A DNA stretch of 64,000 nt from Lachnospiraceae bacterium (GTDB lineage Bacteria; Bacillota; Clostridia; Lachnospirales; Lachnospiraceae). Made by a program: the position numbers and the translations under genes. Positions 36,477 through 47,200 of the stretch are shown here, piece by piece (position 1 is the stretch's first letter; every line of letters begins with the position of its first letter). The DNA lies in NCBI GenBank assembly GCA_051879015.1, contig JBJELF010000040.1, forward strand, positions 2,823 through 66,822. The letters run 5' to 3'. The notes beneath the pieces are model-generated. The model had not been told where the DNA came from. It made no database searches and saw nothing but the letters and a program-made list of their open reading frames with translations.

Positions 36477-37706
36477 ATGAATAAGAAAGAGAAATTAAGT
36501 TTATATATTCATATTCCGTTTTGTGTGAAAAAATGTGCTTACTGTGATTTCTTATCGGCACCGAGTGGGCGCAAGACGCAGGTACAGTATGTACAGGCAT
36601 TGTGTCATGAAATTACTGCATTAGGACAAGTTTATGGAGGGAAGTATACACTGACCACAATTTTTGTGGGAGGAGGCACACCCTCCATTCTCACATCTGA
36701 GGATATGAAACAAATTTTTCAGCAGATTTATGATAGTTTTACTGTAGAAGCCACTGCAGAAATTACGGTAGAGTGTAATCCGGGCACTCTTACAGAAGAA
36801 AAGCTGATGACTTACAAAAGTCTAGGGATTAATCGGCTTAGTATTGGTTTACAGTCTGCAGATAACGAAGAATTAAAGCGTCTGGAGCGGATTCATACAT
36901 GGGAGCAGTTTTTGGATACTTGGCATTTAAGCAGAAAGATAGGATTTGATAATATTAATATTGATTTAATGTCAGCTCTGCCGGGACAAACGGTTTCGTC
37001 GTGGAAGAATACACTTCAGACTGTTTTAGCATTAAAGCCAGAACATATCTCGGCTTATAGCTTAATTGTGGAGGAGGGGACGCCATTTTTTGAGCGATAC
37101 GGAGAGGAAGCTGAAATGCTGCAGCATTATGGGGAACATCAATCCAACTTTGTACCCTATAAAAATGCACCGCTTCCCGAGGAAGATCAAGAGCGGGAAA
37201 TGTATACTTTAACAGAGACGATGATGACTCAGGCAGGATATCATCGCTACGAAATTTCTAATTATGCCAAGGAAAATAGAGAATGTCGGCATAACAGACA
37301 TTATTGGCTCGTGGACAACTATATCGGGGCTGGTTTAGGGGCTGCCTCCTGCGTTGATGGGTGGAGATGGAGCAATCTTCGTTCATTGTCGAAATATCTT
37401 CAAATAAAATCACAGGGAAAATTGACAGCTGTTTTGACGCAGCTTCAAGAAAATCGTCAGTATAATACTTTAGAGGAACAGATGGATGAAGTTATGTTTT
37501 TGGGACTGCGCATGATGCAGGGCGTGTCGAAGACAAACTTTGAGAGACGATTTGGGCGCAGCATGGAGCAGGAATATAATGAGGCGATTCGTAAAAATAT
37601 TCAAAAAGGATTGCTTTATTGGAGAAAAGATGAATTTTTGACCTTGACCTTACTGGGAATTAATGTATCTAATTTAGTTATGGCAGATTTTTTGCATGAA
37701 GAATAA
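36477..37706 (+). CDS. hemW: Radical SAM heme chaperone HemW (HemN-like)
   Basis: LYIHIPFCVKKCAYCDF radical SAM motif and the usual position after lepA. Confidence 0.88.
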   Translation: MNKKEKLSLYIHIPFCVKKCAYCDFLSAPSGRKTQVQYVQALCHEITALGQVYGGKYTLTTIFVGGGTPSILTSEDMKQIFQQIYDSFTVEATAEITVECNPGTLTEEKLMTYKSLGINRLSIGLQSADNEELKRLERIHTWEQFLDTWHLSRKIGFDNINIDLMSALPGQTVSSWKNTLQTVLALKPEHISAYSLIVEEGTPFFERYGEEAEMLQHYGEHQSNFVPYKNAPLPEEDQEREMYTLTETMMTQAGYHRYEISNYAKENRECRHNRHYWLVDNYIGAGLGAASCVDGWRWSNLRSLSKYLQIKSQGKLTAVLTQLQENRQYNTLEEQMDEVMFLGLRMMQGVSKTNFERRFGRSMEQEYNEAIRKNIQKGLLYWRKDEFLTLTLLGINVSNLVMADFLHEE

Positions 37707-37764
37707 CAAAAAACGATGTGTCGCTTACAAAGGTAAAAATGGCAGGAGAGTGGAGAAATTGACG

Positions 37765-37801
37765 GCGGTGCCAATCACTAACTTACAGTGATTGGCACCG
37801 C
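37765..37801. terminator. Bidirectional terminator hairpin between convergent genes
   Basis: gcggtgccaatcact-aacttac-agtgattggcaccgc (15-bp perfect stem). Confidence 0.75.
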
Positions 37802-37806
37802 TAGGT

Positions 37807-38406
37807 TTATTCTGTGATTTGTGGTACACCCAAAAACATTCCAATGGCAGTAATTACCAGCAGAATAAATTTAATCGTATTGCCCTTGAATGCGGAACGA
37901 TAGAGTTTTTTCTCTTCTGCTATTTTTTGGATAAAGGCGATGGTGTCTGCTGAGTTATTCTTTGTATAAATAGGAAGAAGCTGTTTATTTTTCATGCATA
38001 GAATAATGCTGGGTTTTGTAAGATAGATGCCTTCCACATCTTCCCAGGTATAATCATCCAACTGCTTTTTCTCTACACGGTAGACAGTCAGACCAGTCTT
38101 AGTCATGGTGATACGTTTTCTGGTAGCTTCTTGAATGTTCTTGTTTTTAAAGCTTTGGCGAATGCGTCTCTCATGCATGGTCAATGTGATGATTGGCATG
38201 ACCAGGCAGAGCAGGCTGATGCCTAATGTCAGCATCATAGAATCATTGAAACTATAGATATTGCGTACAATCATAGAAATGCTAATCATGCCATATCCAT
38301 AGATGATGATGAGCAATATCGTTAAAAGTTTGTTTTTACACAGTAGACTCCAGTACATGAGATTGCGATAGTCGTCTTCGTTGAGAGAAATGTTTGCTTC
38401 GTACAT
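37807..38406 (-). CDS. Hypothetical membrane protein (YcxB-like topology)
   Basis: 199 aa with two central TM helices, one C-terminal TM helix and a soluble middle domain. RBS AAGGAG. Confidence 0.5.
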   Translation of the reverse strand: MYEANISLNEDDYRNLMYWSLLCKNKLLTILLIIIYGYGMISISMIVRNIYSFNDSMMLTLGISLLCLVMPIITLTMHERRIRQSFKNKNIQEATRKRITMTKTGLTVYRVEKKQLDDYTWEDVEGIYLTKPSIILCMKNKQLLPIYTKNNSADTIAFIQKIAEEKKLYRSAFKGNTIKFILLVITAIGMFLGVPQITE

Positions 38407-38509
38407 TATAATGGTACTCCTTTTTTGTTATAATAACTACAGTATAACAAAAAGCATTTTAGTAGAAAAGAGAAAACACAAAAAATTTGAAAAAAAATAA
38501 AAAAAGTTA

Positions 38510-38538
38510 TTGACAATATGGCGCGTTGGTGCTATCTT
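38510..38538 (+). promoter_or_regulatory. Sigma-A promoter of the hrcA-grpE-dnaK-dnaJ operon
   Basis: TTGACA (38510-38515), a 17-nt spacer, then TATCTT (38533-38538). Confidence 0.7.
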
Positions 38539-38549
38539 ATCAATAGATG

Positions 38550-38576
38550 TTAGCACTCTCAATCAACGAGTGCTAA
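38550..38576 (+). promoter_or_regulatory. CIRCE operator (HrcA binding site)
   Basis: TTAGCACTC-tcaatcaac-GAGTGCTAA, a perfect match to the CIRCE consensus TTAGCACTC-N9-GAGTGCTAA, just downstream of the promoter. Confidence 0.95.
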
Positions 38577-38602
38577 CAGCAAAAGGCGAAGGAAGTGATA
38601 GA

Positions 38603-39622
38603 GTGGAGCTGGACGCAAGAAAAGCGAAGATATTGAATGCAATTATCAAGACATATATGGAGACTGGAGAGCCAGTGGGTTCCCGCACAATTTCAAAATA
38701 TACGGATTTGAAGTTAAGTTCAGCAACTATCCGAAATGAGATGGCGGATTTAGAGGAGATGGGACTGATACTTCAGCCACATACTTCGGCAGGACGTATT
38801 CCCTCAGATAAAGGTTATCGCCTCTATGTGGACCACTTGATGGCAGAAAAAGATAGAGAGCTGTCGCAGACAAAGAGTGTATTGTTAGAGCGAGTAGACC
38901 GATTAGAAAATTTTCTTCGTCAAATGGCAAAAGTTTTGGCGCAGAATACAAATTACGCTACGATGATATCAGGACCATCCATGCATGAGACAAAGCTTAA
39001 GTTTATTCAGTTATCTAAGGTAGAGCAGTGTAAGCTTTTGGTGGTCATTGTTTCCGAAGGAAACAACATCAAGAACACTATCATTGATGTGGATGATGAG
39101 ATGCGGGAAGAGGAAGTCATTTCTCTTAATCTTCTGTTAAATACTACTTTAAGTGGTCTGTCTTTGAGCGAGATTAATTTGGGATTGATTGCTAAATTAA
39201 AAGAGCAGGCAGGTGAATACAGTGGAGTAGTAGGTAATGTGCTTGAGGCAGTAGCTGATGCAATGAAGGACGAAAATAAAGTGTACACGAGCGGTGCTAC
39301 CAATATTTTCAAGTATCCGGAGTTAATTGAAAACGGAAAGGCCAGTGCTCTGATTTCTGCATTTGAAGAAAAAGAGGAGCTGGGTAAGTTTTTAACTGAG
39401 AATGCTGCTGAGACAGGTATCCAGGTGTACATCGGAGAAGAAAGTCCGATGAAACATATGAGAGATTGCAGCGTAGTGACTGCTCGATATGAGCTAGGTG
39501 ATGGTATGTATGGTACTATCGGTATTGTAGGACCAAAACGTATGAATTATGAAAAAGTCGTTGGCACATTACAAAGTGTCATGGAGCAGTTAGAAAAGCT
39601 CAATAAAAATGACAAAGAATAA
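38603..39622 (+). CDS. hrcA: Heat-inducible transcription repressor HrcA
   Basis: RKAKILNAIIKTYMETGEPVGSRTI winged-helix N-terminus. Start re-picked at the GTG at 38603, after GAAGGAAG, because the track ORF start would place CIRCE inside the CDS. Confidence 0.88.
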   Translation: MELDARKAKILNAIIKTYMETGEPVGSRTISKYTDLKLSSATIRNEMADLEEMGLILQPHTSAGRIPSDKGYRLYVDHLMAEKDRELSQTKSVLLERVDRLENFLRQMAKVLAQNTNYATMISGPSMHETKLKFIQLSKVEQCKLLVVIVSEGNNIKNTIIDVDDEMREEEVISLNLLLNTTLSGLSLSEINLGLIAKLKEQAGEYSGVVGNVLEAVADAMKDENKVYTSGATNIFKYPELIENGKASALISAFEEKEELGKFLTENAAETGIQVYIGEESPMKHMRDCSVVTARYELGDGMYGTIGIVGPKRMNYEKVVGTLQSVMEQLEKLNKNDKE

Positions 39623-39647
39623 AAAATAGAAAGGCGGATTTTCCTAG

Positions 39648-40310
39648 ATGGCAGATATGAATGCAAGCACAAATAAGGAAACAACAGAAGAAATTCTGGA
39701 AGAAACAGAAAATGCACGAAAAGCTGTAGCAGAGGAAACGGTGCAGGGTAAGGCTAAAGCAGAGAATGCACAGACAGATGAACTTGAGGCGGAAGTTCAG
39801 GAGTCAGACGCTAAGCAAGATAATCAAGATGAGAAAGATAACTCAATGAAGGGATTTTTCAAAAAGAAAAAAGATAAAAAGGATGAACAGATTGAAGAGT
39901 TGACAGACCGTTTGAAACGTAGCTTAGCTGAGTTTGATAACTTTAGAAAACGTACAGAGAAGGAAAAAGCTTCTATGTACGATATGGGCGCTAAGTCAGT
40001 GGTGGAGAAGATTCTTCCAATCGTTGACAATTTTGAGCGTGGTCTGGCAGCAGTTCCTACTGATGAAAAGGGTAGTGCATTTGCTGACGGCATGGATAAG
40101 ATTTATAAGCAGCTGATGAAGACTCTAGAAGATATGGATGTAAAGCCAATTCCAGCAGTGGGAGAACCTTTTGACCCGAATCTTCATAATGCAGTAATGC
40201 ACATAGAAAACGAAGAATTGGGTGAAAATGTAATAGCTGCAGAGTTCCAAAAGGGTTATACCTACAAGGGAAGTGTCGTAAGACATTCCATGGTGCAGGT
40301 AGCAAACTAA
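39648..40310 (+). CDS. grpE: Nucleotide exchange factor GrpE
   Basis: AEFDNFRKRTEKE, ILPIVDNFERG and FDPNLHNAV. Confidence 0.93.
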   Translation: MADMNASTNKETTEEILEETENARKAVAEETVQGKAKAENAQTDELEAEVQESDAKQDNQDEKDNSMKGFFKKKKDKKDEQIEELTDRLKRSLAEFDNFRKRTEKEKASMYDMGAKSVVEKILPIVDNFERGLAAVPTDEKGSAFADGMDKIYKQLMKTLEDMDVKPIPAVGEPFDPNLHNAVMHIENEELGENVIAAEFQKGYTYKGSVVRHSMVQVAN

Positions 40311-40387
40311 ACAGGTTACAATTATTAATTATATTTAGAAATAAATTTCTGTATCATAGGATACAGCCGCATTCGGCAAAGGACTGA

Positions 40388-42268
<1,881 letters not shown>

Positions 42269-42452
42269 TATGCCTGAGTGACCATGTAGCAGAGGGTCAG
42301 GATGTTTTTTGACTCTAGCTTATGGTAATGGTTTAGTTGACTGAGTCATTACAAAACTAATATGCCTGTGAAACAGGCATTCGCATATATGAATAGGACA
42401 GGGGGCGACGACATGAGTCGCCCCATATGTCGGTATAGAGGAAGGTAGAAGG

Positions 42453-43592
42453 ATGGCGGATAAAAGAGATTATTACGAGGTATTAGGTGTTGCCAAGGAT
42501 GCAGATGCGGCAACGATTAAAAGTGCATATAGAAAACTGGCGAGAAAGTATCATCCCGATGCCAATCCAGGAGATCAGGCGGCAGCAGATAAATTCAAAG
42601 AGGCTACTGAGGCCTATGAAGTATTGAGTGATTCTGAAAAAAGACAGCAATATGATCAGTTTGGTCATGCTGCCTTCGATCAGACCGCAGGCGGTGGCTA
42701 CGGCGGCGGTGGATTCAGTGATATGGGAGATATGGATGATATTCTCAACAGTATGTTTGGCGGTATGTTTGGTGGAGGCGGCAGCAGCCGTAGAGCCAGC
42801 AACTCTCCGATGAAGGGTGCCAATGTAACTGCTAGTGTAAATATTACCTTTGAGGAAGCTGTTTTTGGCTGCGAGAAGGAGATTACATTAAATTTGAAAG
42901 ATCCATGTCCAAGTTGTAATGGTACTGGAGCAAAGCCAGGTACCAGTCCAACTACTTGTACCAAGTGTAATGGACGAGGTCAAGTAACCTTTACACAGCA
43001 GTCCATCTTTGGAAATGTCAGAAGTGTGCAGACCTGTCCAGAATGTAATGGTACAGGTAAAGTAATTAAAGAGAAATGTAACAATTGTTATGGAAGTGGT
43101 TTTGTATCTTCCAGAAAAACGATCAAAGTTACTATTCCAGCTGGTATTGATAATGAGCAGAGCATTCGTATTCGTGAGAAAGGTGAGCCAGGTATTAATG
43201 GCGGACCAAGAGGTGATTTGTTAGTTCAGGTTATTGTTGGTCGTCATCCAATTTTCCAACGTCAAGATTTCAATATCTATTCGACCGTGTCCATTCCATT
43301 TACAACGGCGGCTTTGGGTGGTATCATCAAGCTGCAGACCGTCGATGGTGAGGAAGATTATGAGGTAAAACCTGGTACTCAGACAGATACGAAAGTACGT
43401 CTTCGCAATAAAGGTGTGCCAAGCCTGAGAAATAAATCTATCCGTGGCGATCATTTTGTTACTTTGGTTGTAAAGGTACCTACTTCTTTAAATGCAGAAC
43501 AAAAAGAGGCTTTGAGACGTTTTGAGGAGACGATGAATGGTGAGAAGCCAGACAAAGACAATAAAGATAAAAAGAAAAAGTGGTTTTCTTAA
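42453..43592 (+). CDS. dnaJ: Molecular chaperone DnaJ
   Basis: J domain with HPD (YHPDANPGD), a G/F-rich region, and four CxxCxGxG zinc-finger repeats. Confidence 0.95.
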   Translation: MADKRDYYEVLGVAKDADAATIKSAYRKLARKYHPDANPGDQAAADKFKEATEAYEVLSDSEKRQQYDQFGHAAFDQTAGGGYGGGGFSDMGDMDDILNSMFGGMFGGGGSSRRASNSPMKGANVTASVNITFEEAVFGCEKEITLNLKDPCPSCNGTGAKPGTSPTTCTKCNGRGQVTFTQQSIFGNVRSVQTCPECNGTGKVIKEKCNNCYGSGFVSSRKTIKVTIPAGIDNEQSIRIREKGEPGINGGPRGDLLVQVIVGRHPIFQRQDFNIYSTVSIPFTTAALGGIIKLQTVDGEEDYEVKPGTQTDTKVRLRNKGVPSLRNKSIRGDHFVTLVVKVPTSLNAEQKEALRRFEETMNGEKPDKDNKDKKKKWFS

Positions 43593-43612
43593 TTGAATTG
43601 TACGTAAAGTGT

Positions 43613-43664
43613 GCAGCAATCCGTAGGTATCAGGGGGCAAGGTATTTTTTGTCCCCGACATCAT
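43613..43664 (+). repeat. Dispersed structured repeat, family B (partial)
   Basis: gcagcaatccgtaggtatcagggggcaaggtattttttgtccccgacatcat. Compare 44399-44443 and 10552-10603. Confidence 0.7.
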
Positions 43665-43678
43665 AACATGGAATAAAT

Positions 43679-44203
43679 ATGAAATATTGTATACAAGTAT
43701 ATACTGGTCAAGGGAAAGGAAAAACCAGTGCAGCGATAGGATCCGCTATTCGTATGGCGGGGAGTGGGGCTCATGTTGTTATGGCCCGTTTTCTGAAAAC
43801 TGAGAATTCTTCGGAGTTAGCTTTATTATACGAGATAGAGAATATTACCGTTTGTCCAATAACAAAAAATTTTGGATTTACGTTTCGTATGACTTCAGAG
43901 CAGAAGGCAGAAGCGAAACAGTATTACACTCAGCTGTTTATGCAGGCCGTGGAGGTTGCAAAAGAACAATCGGCACAGATGTTAATTTTAGATGAGTTTA
44001 ATTGTGTTTATGCTTCTAATTTGATAGACAGAGAGAAGAGCTTAGCAGTTTTAAGGAAACATAAGGGAAGTATGGAAATGATCCTGACAGGCAGAAATGC
44101 AGCGGATGAACTAATGGAACTGGCAGATTATGTTACTGTATTTCAAAAGCAGAAACATCCTTATGATACTGGACTGATGGCGAGAAAAGGAATCGAATAT
44201 TAA
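43679..44203 (+). CDS. Cob(I)yrinic acid a,c-diamide adenosyltransferase (CobA/CobO/BtuR family)
   Basis: IQVYTGQGKGKTSAAIGSAIRMAGSG P-loop N-terminus and LILDEF; 174 aa. Confidence 0.8.
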   Translation: MKYCIQVYTGQGKGKTSAAIGSAIRMAGSGAHVVMARFLKTENSSELALLYEIENITVCPITKNFGFTFRMTSEQKAEAKQYYTQLFMQAVEVAKEQSAQMLILDEFNCVYASNLIDREKSLAVLRKHKGSMEMILTGRNAADELMELADYVTVFQKQKHPYDTGLMARKGIEY

Positions 44204-44228
44204 TATTGTAAAAAAATAGACAAAGTGA

Positions 44229-44258
44229 TTGACAAGCCTTTGATAGTCGTCGTATAAT
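44229..44258 (+). promoter_or_regulatory. Sigma-A type promoter
   Basis: TTGACA (44229-44234), an 18-nt spacer, then TATAAT (44253-44258). Confidence 0.6.
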
Positions 44259-44260
44259 TT

Positions 44261-44443
44261 TATGATACCAGGTTCAAAAGGTCATATAATTTCATGCAAG
44301 CATGAAATTGTATGACTTTGGGACCCGCTAAAACATGAGAAAGTAGCCAAAATAGGGCGATTTCTCATGTTTTCGGATTGCGTGAGCACGAAGTGCGAAG
44401 CAATCCATAAGTATCAAAGGGGCAAAATACTTTTTGAGCCTTT
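44261..44443 (+). repeat. Longest (composite) copy of the structured repeat, with four consecutive hairpins combining the family A and family B modules
   Basis: H1 pairs 44281-44297 with 44300-44316 (gtcatataatttcatgc / gcatgaaattgtatgac). H2 pairs 44330-44341 with 44362-44373 (aaaacatgagaa / ttctcatgtttt). H3 pairs 44375-44381 with 44400-44406 (ggattgc / gcaatcc). H4 spans 44416-44443 (aaaggggcaaaa-tac-tttttgagccttt). Confidence 0.75.
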
Positions 44444-44488
44444 ATTGAATTTCACACTCATATCATGAAATAGGAAGGGATAAATGGA

Positions 44489-45718
44489 ATGATGAACAAG
44501 GAAGAGTGGAAAAAGGCTTTCTACAATGGCTTATCGGGCTTTATAGCTTTGGCTATGACAGTCATCTTATATTTTGTAGTTCTTCGATTTTCGGAGTTAA
44601 AATCGTTTTTGGGATGGATTATTGGTATCTTGATGCCATTTATCTATGGAGGTGTGCTGGCGTATCTGTTAAAGACGCCATGTAACTTTTTTGATAATTT
44701 TTTTGAAAAAAAGTTGCCTTCTAAGCAGAAGAAGTATGCTCGTATGCTGTCGGTTGTCGTTGTGTTGCTTCTGACAGTGGCAATTTTATATCTATTATTG
44801 TGGATGGTTATTCCCGAGGTGGGAGCAAGTATTGCTGGATTGATTGCTGCGATGCCTAAGCAAATTGAGCGTTTGACCGATTGGTTGATTGTGGCGGCAC
44901 AGGACAATGAGATGGTCAGAAATTATTTAAATGCAGAAAATCTCACAGCTCTTGAGGATAAGTTTATTCAGTGGATCCAGACAGATTTATTGACTACTTT
45001 GGCTAATATGATGGGAGGCGTTGCAGCGACCGTAAGCTCCATTGTTGGTACAGTCAGTGATATTGTTATCGGTATTGTTGTGTGTGTTTATCTTTTGTTA
45101 AGCCGAAAAACTTTTGCTCGTCAGGGAAAAGCAATACTCTATGCAATTTTTGATTCGAATAAGGCAGATGCTGTGGTAAATGAGTTTAAATTTATTGATC
45201 GTACTTTTGTGGGATTTTTTGGCGGTAAGATATTGGATAGTGCTATCATTGGTGCCATTTGTTATATTTTTTGTTTGATTATGACTTTAACTATGGATTT
45301 CAAGAATGCGATGCTTATCAGTGTAATTATCGGTGTCACCAATATTATACCATATTTTGGACCATTTATCGGGGCAATTCCAGCGGCATTATTAATTTTG
45401 ATTTCCAGTCCGGTCAATTGTGTGATTTTCTTAGTATTTATTATTATTTTACAGCAGTTTGATGGAAACATCTTAGGGCCAAAGCTTCTTGCTAATAGTG
45501 TGGGCTTGTCAGGATTTTGGGTATTGTTTTCCATCACACTCTTTGGAGGACTTTTTGGATTTGTAGGTATTCTTATTGGAGTGCCAGTGTTTGCAGTTAT
45601 CTATGATAATTTTAAATCTCTCATTTATGCAGGATTAAAGAAAAATGGAAGAATGGATGTGCTGCAGGGCACTCAACCTGTGGTGGAAGAGAGTAAGAAA
45701 AAGCCAACAGAAAATTGA
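44489..45718 (+). CDS. AI-2E family transporter (PerM-like permease)
   Basis: 409 aa with about 8 TM segments and the conserved NIIPYFGPFIGAIPAA segment. Confidence 0.85.
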   Translation: MMNKEEWKKAFYNGLSGFIALAMTVILYFVVLRFSELKSFLGWIIGILMPFIYGGVLAYLLKTPCNFFDNFFEKKLPSKQKKYARMLSVVVVLLLTVAILYLLLWMVIPEVGASIAGLIAAMPKQIERLTDWLIVAAQDNEMVRNYLNAENLTALEDKFIQWIQTDLLTTLANMMGGVAATVSSIVGTVSDIVIGIVVCVYLLLSRKTFARQGKAILYAIFDSNKADAVVNEFKFIDRTFVGFFGGKILDSAIIGAICYIFCLIMTLTMDFKNAMLISVIIGVTNIIPYFGPFIGAIPAALLILISSPVNCVIFLVFIIILQQFDGNILGPKLLANSVGLSGFWVLFSITLFGGLFGFVGILIGVPVFAVIYDNFKSLIYAGLKKNGRMDVLQGTQPVVEESKKKPTEN

Positions 45719-45836
45719 GTAAGCAGAGCGATAACACGGTGAGCAGTCGGAGAAATAAATTCCTGACTGCCCGCCGTGTCTTTCGTATAATTAAGTCCTA
45801 TCATGCATATGATAGGGTAAAACGCCATGGGGTGAA

Positions 45837-47084
45837 ATGATGAAATCCCATTCTTTTGTTCGTTACATAGTGGTCTATTTGACCTTCTTTTTCTTTCTGT
45901 CTGCTTCTCTTTCTAGTGCGGTTGCGGCCGATCCTTTGTGTATTCCCTCTAATATGTTAAAGCAGGAAAACGAGGTTATTTTGACGGAAGGCAAGATTGA
46001 CTTGGGTTTGACTGCACCCTCTGCCATTTTGATGGAGGCTTCTACTGGCACAGTTATTTATGAGAAAAATGCGGATACCATCTTAAGTCCAGCCAGCATT
46101 ACTAAGATTATGACCTTGATTTTGATTTTTGATGCTATTTCTGATGGGAAAATTAATTTGACGGATGAGGTGACTACCAGTGCCTATGCCAAATCCATGG
46201 GAGGTTCACAGGTATTTTTGGAGGAAGGAGAAAAGCAGACAGTTGAGACATTGATAAAATGTATTGTGGTGGCATCAGGAAATGATGCCTGCGTAGCTAT
46301 GGCAGAGTATATTGCTGGAAGCGAGAGTGAGTTTGTACGTCAAATGAATGAACGAGCAGTGGGTTTGGAAATGAAGAACACTCATTTTGAAGATTGCAGT
46401 GGGTTGAGTGATTCGGACAGCCACCATACATCAGCGAGAGATGTGGCATTGATGTCAAGAGAACTGTTAACAAAATATCCTCAGATTACTACTTATTCCA
46501 CTATATGGATGGAGAATATCACTCATGTGACTGCTCAGGGCAGCAAAGAATTTGGATTGTCCAGCACCAACAAGATGTTAAAGATGAATACCAGTTTTAC
46601 AACAACGGGATTAAAGACAGGTTCTACTTCGAAGGCGAAGTATTGCTTTGCTGGCACGGCGCAAAAGGATGGTGTGGAGTTGATTGCTGTGGTGATGGCA
46701 TGTCCAAACTATAAGGATCGATTTTCGGAAGCTGTGACCATGCTTAATTATGGATATGCGAATTGTAAGCTGTATCGGGATACAGAACTGCCGATATTGC
46801 CGGAGGCCATTGTCAAAAATGGTGTGGAGGCAAGTGTGGGTTTGACTTATTCGGGGGAATTTTCTTATTTGAGCACTACAGGAGAAAATTTTGCGGAGAT
46901 AGAAAAAAATCTGATTGTTAATGAATTGGAAGCACCGGTTCAGGAGGGACAGGAGGCGGGATATCTTGAATATAGCTTGAATGGAAAGGTGATTGGTCAG
47001 GTGCCGATTATTACCTTGAAAGCCGTAGAGGAAGCTGGATATCGAGACTATTTATGGAAAATGTTAAAACAGTGGTTGCTGTAA
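45837..47084 (+). CDS. D-alanyl-D-alanine carboxypeptidase (serine-type, PBP5-like)
   Basis: Signal peptide, SPASITKIMT (SxxK), ASGND (SxN) and KTGST (KTG). Confidence 0.9.
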   Translation: MMKSHSFVRYIVVYLTFFFFLSASLSSAVAADPLCIPSNMLKQENEVILTEGKIDLGLTAPSAILMEASTGTVIYEKNADTILSPASITKIMTLILIFDAISDGKINLTDEVTTSAYAKSMGGSQVFLEEGEKQTVETLIKCIVVASGNDACVAMAEYIAGSESEFVRQMNERAVGLEMKNTHFEDCSGLSDSDSHHTSARDVALMSRELLTKYPQITTYSTIWMENITHVTAQGSKEFGLSSTNKMLKMNTSFTTTGLKTGSTSKAKYCFAGTAQKDGVELIAVVMACPNYKDRFSEAVTMLNYGYANCKLYRDTELPILPEAIVKNGVEASVGLTYSGEFSYLSTTGENFAEIEKNLIVNELEAPVQEGQEAGYLEYSLNGKVIGQVPIITLKAVEEAGYRDYLWKMLKQWLL

Positions 47085-47200
47085 CTGTAAAAGACACTAG
47101 GAGAAACGCAGTAAACGATTGCTTCTTGGTTGAAAATATGTTAAAATTTGACTAGTGATCCTAGAAAGGAATCTTATAAATCACATTAAGGAGAATTATT

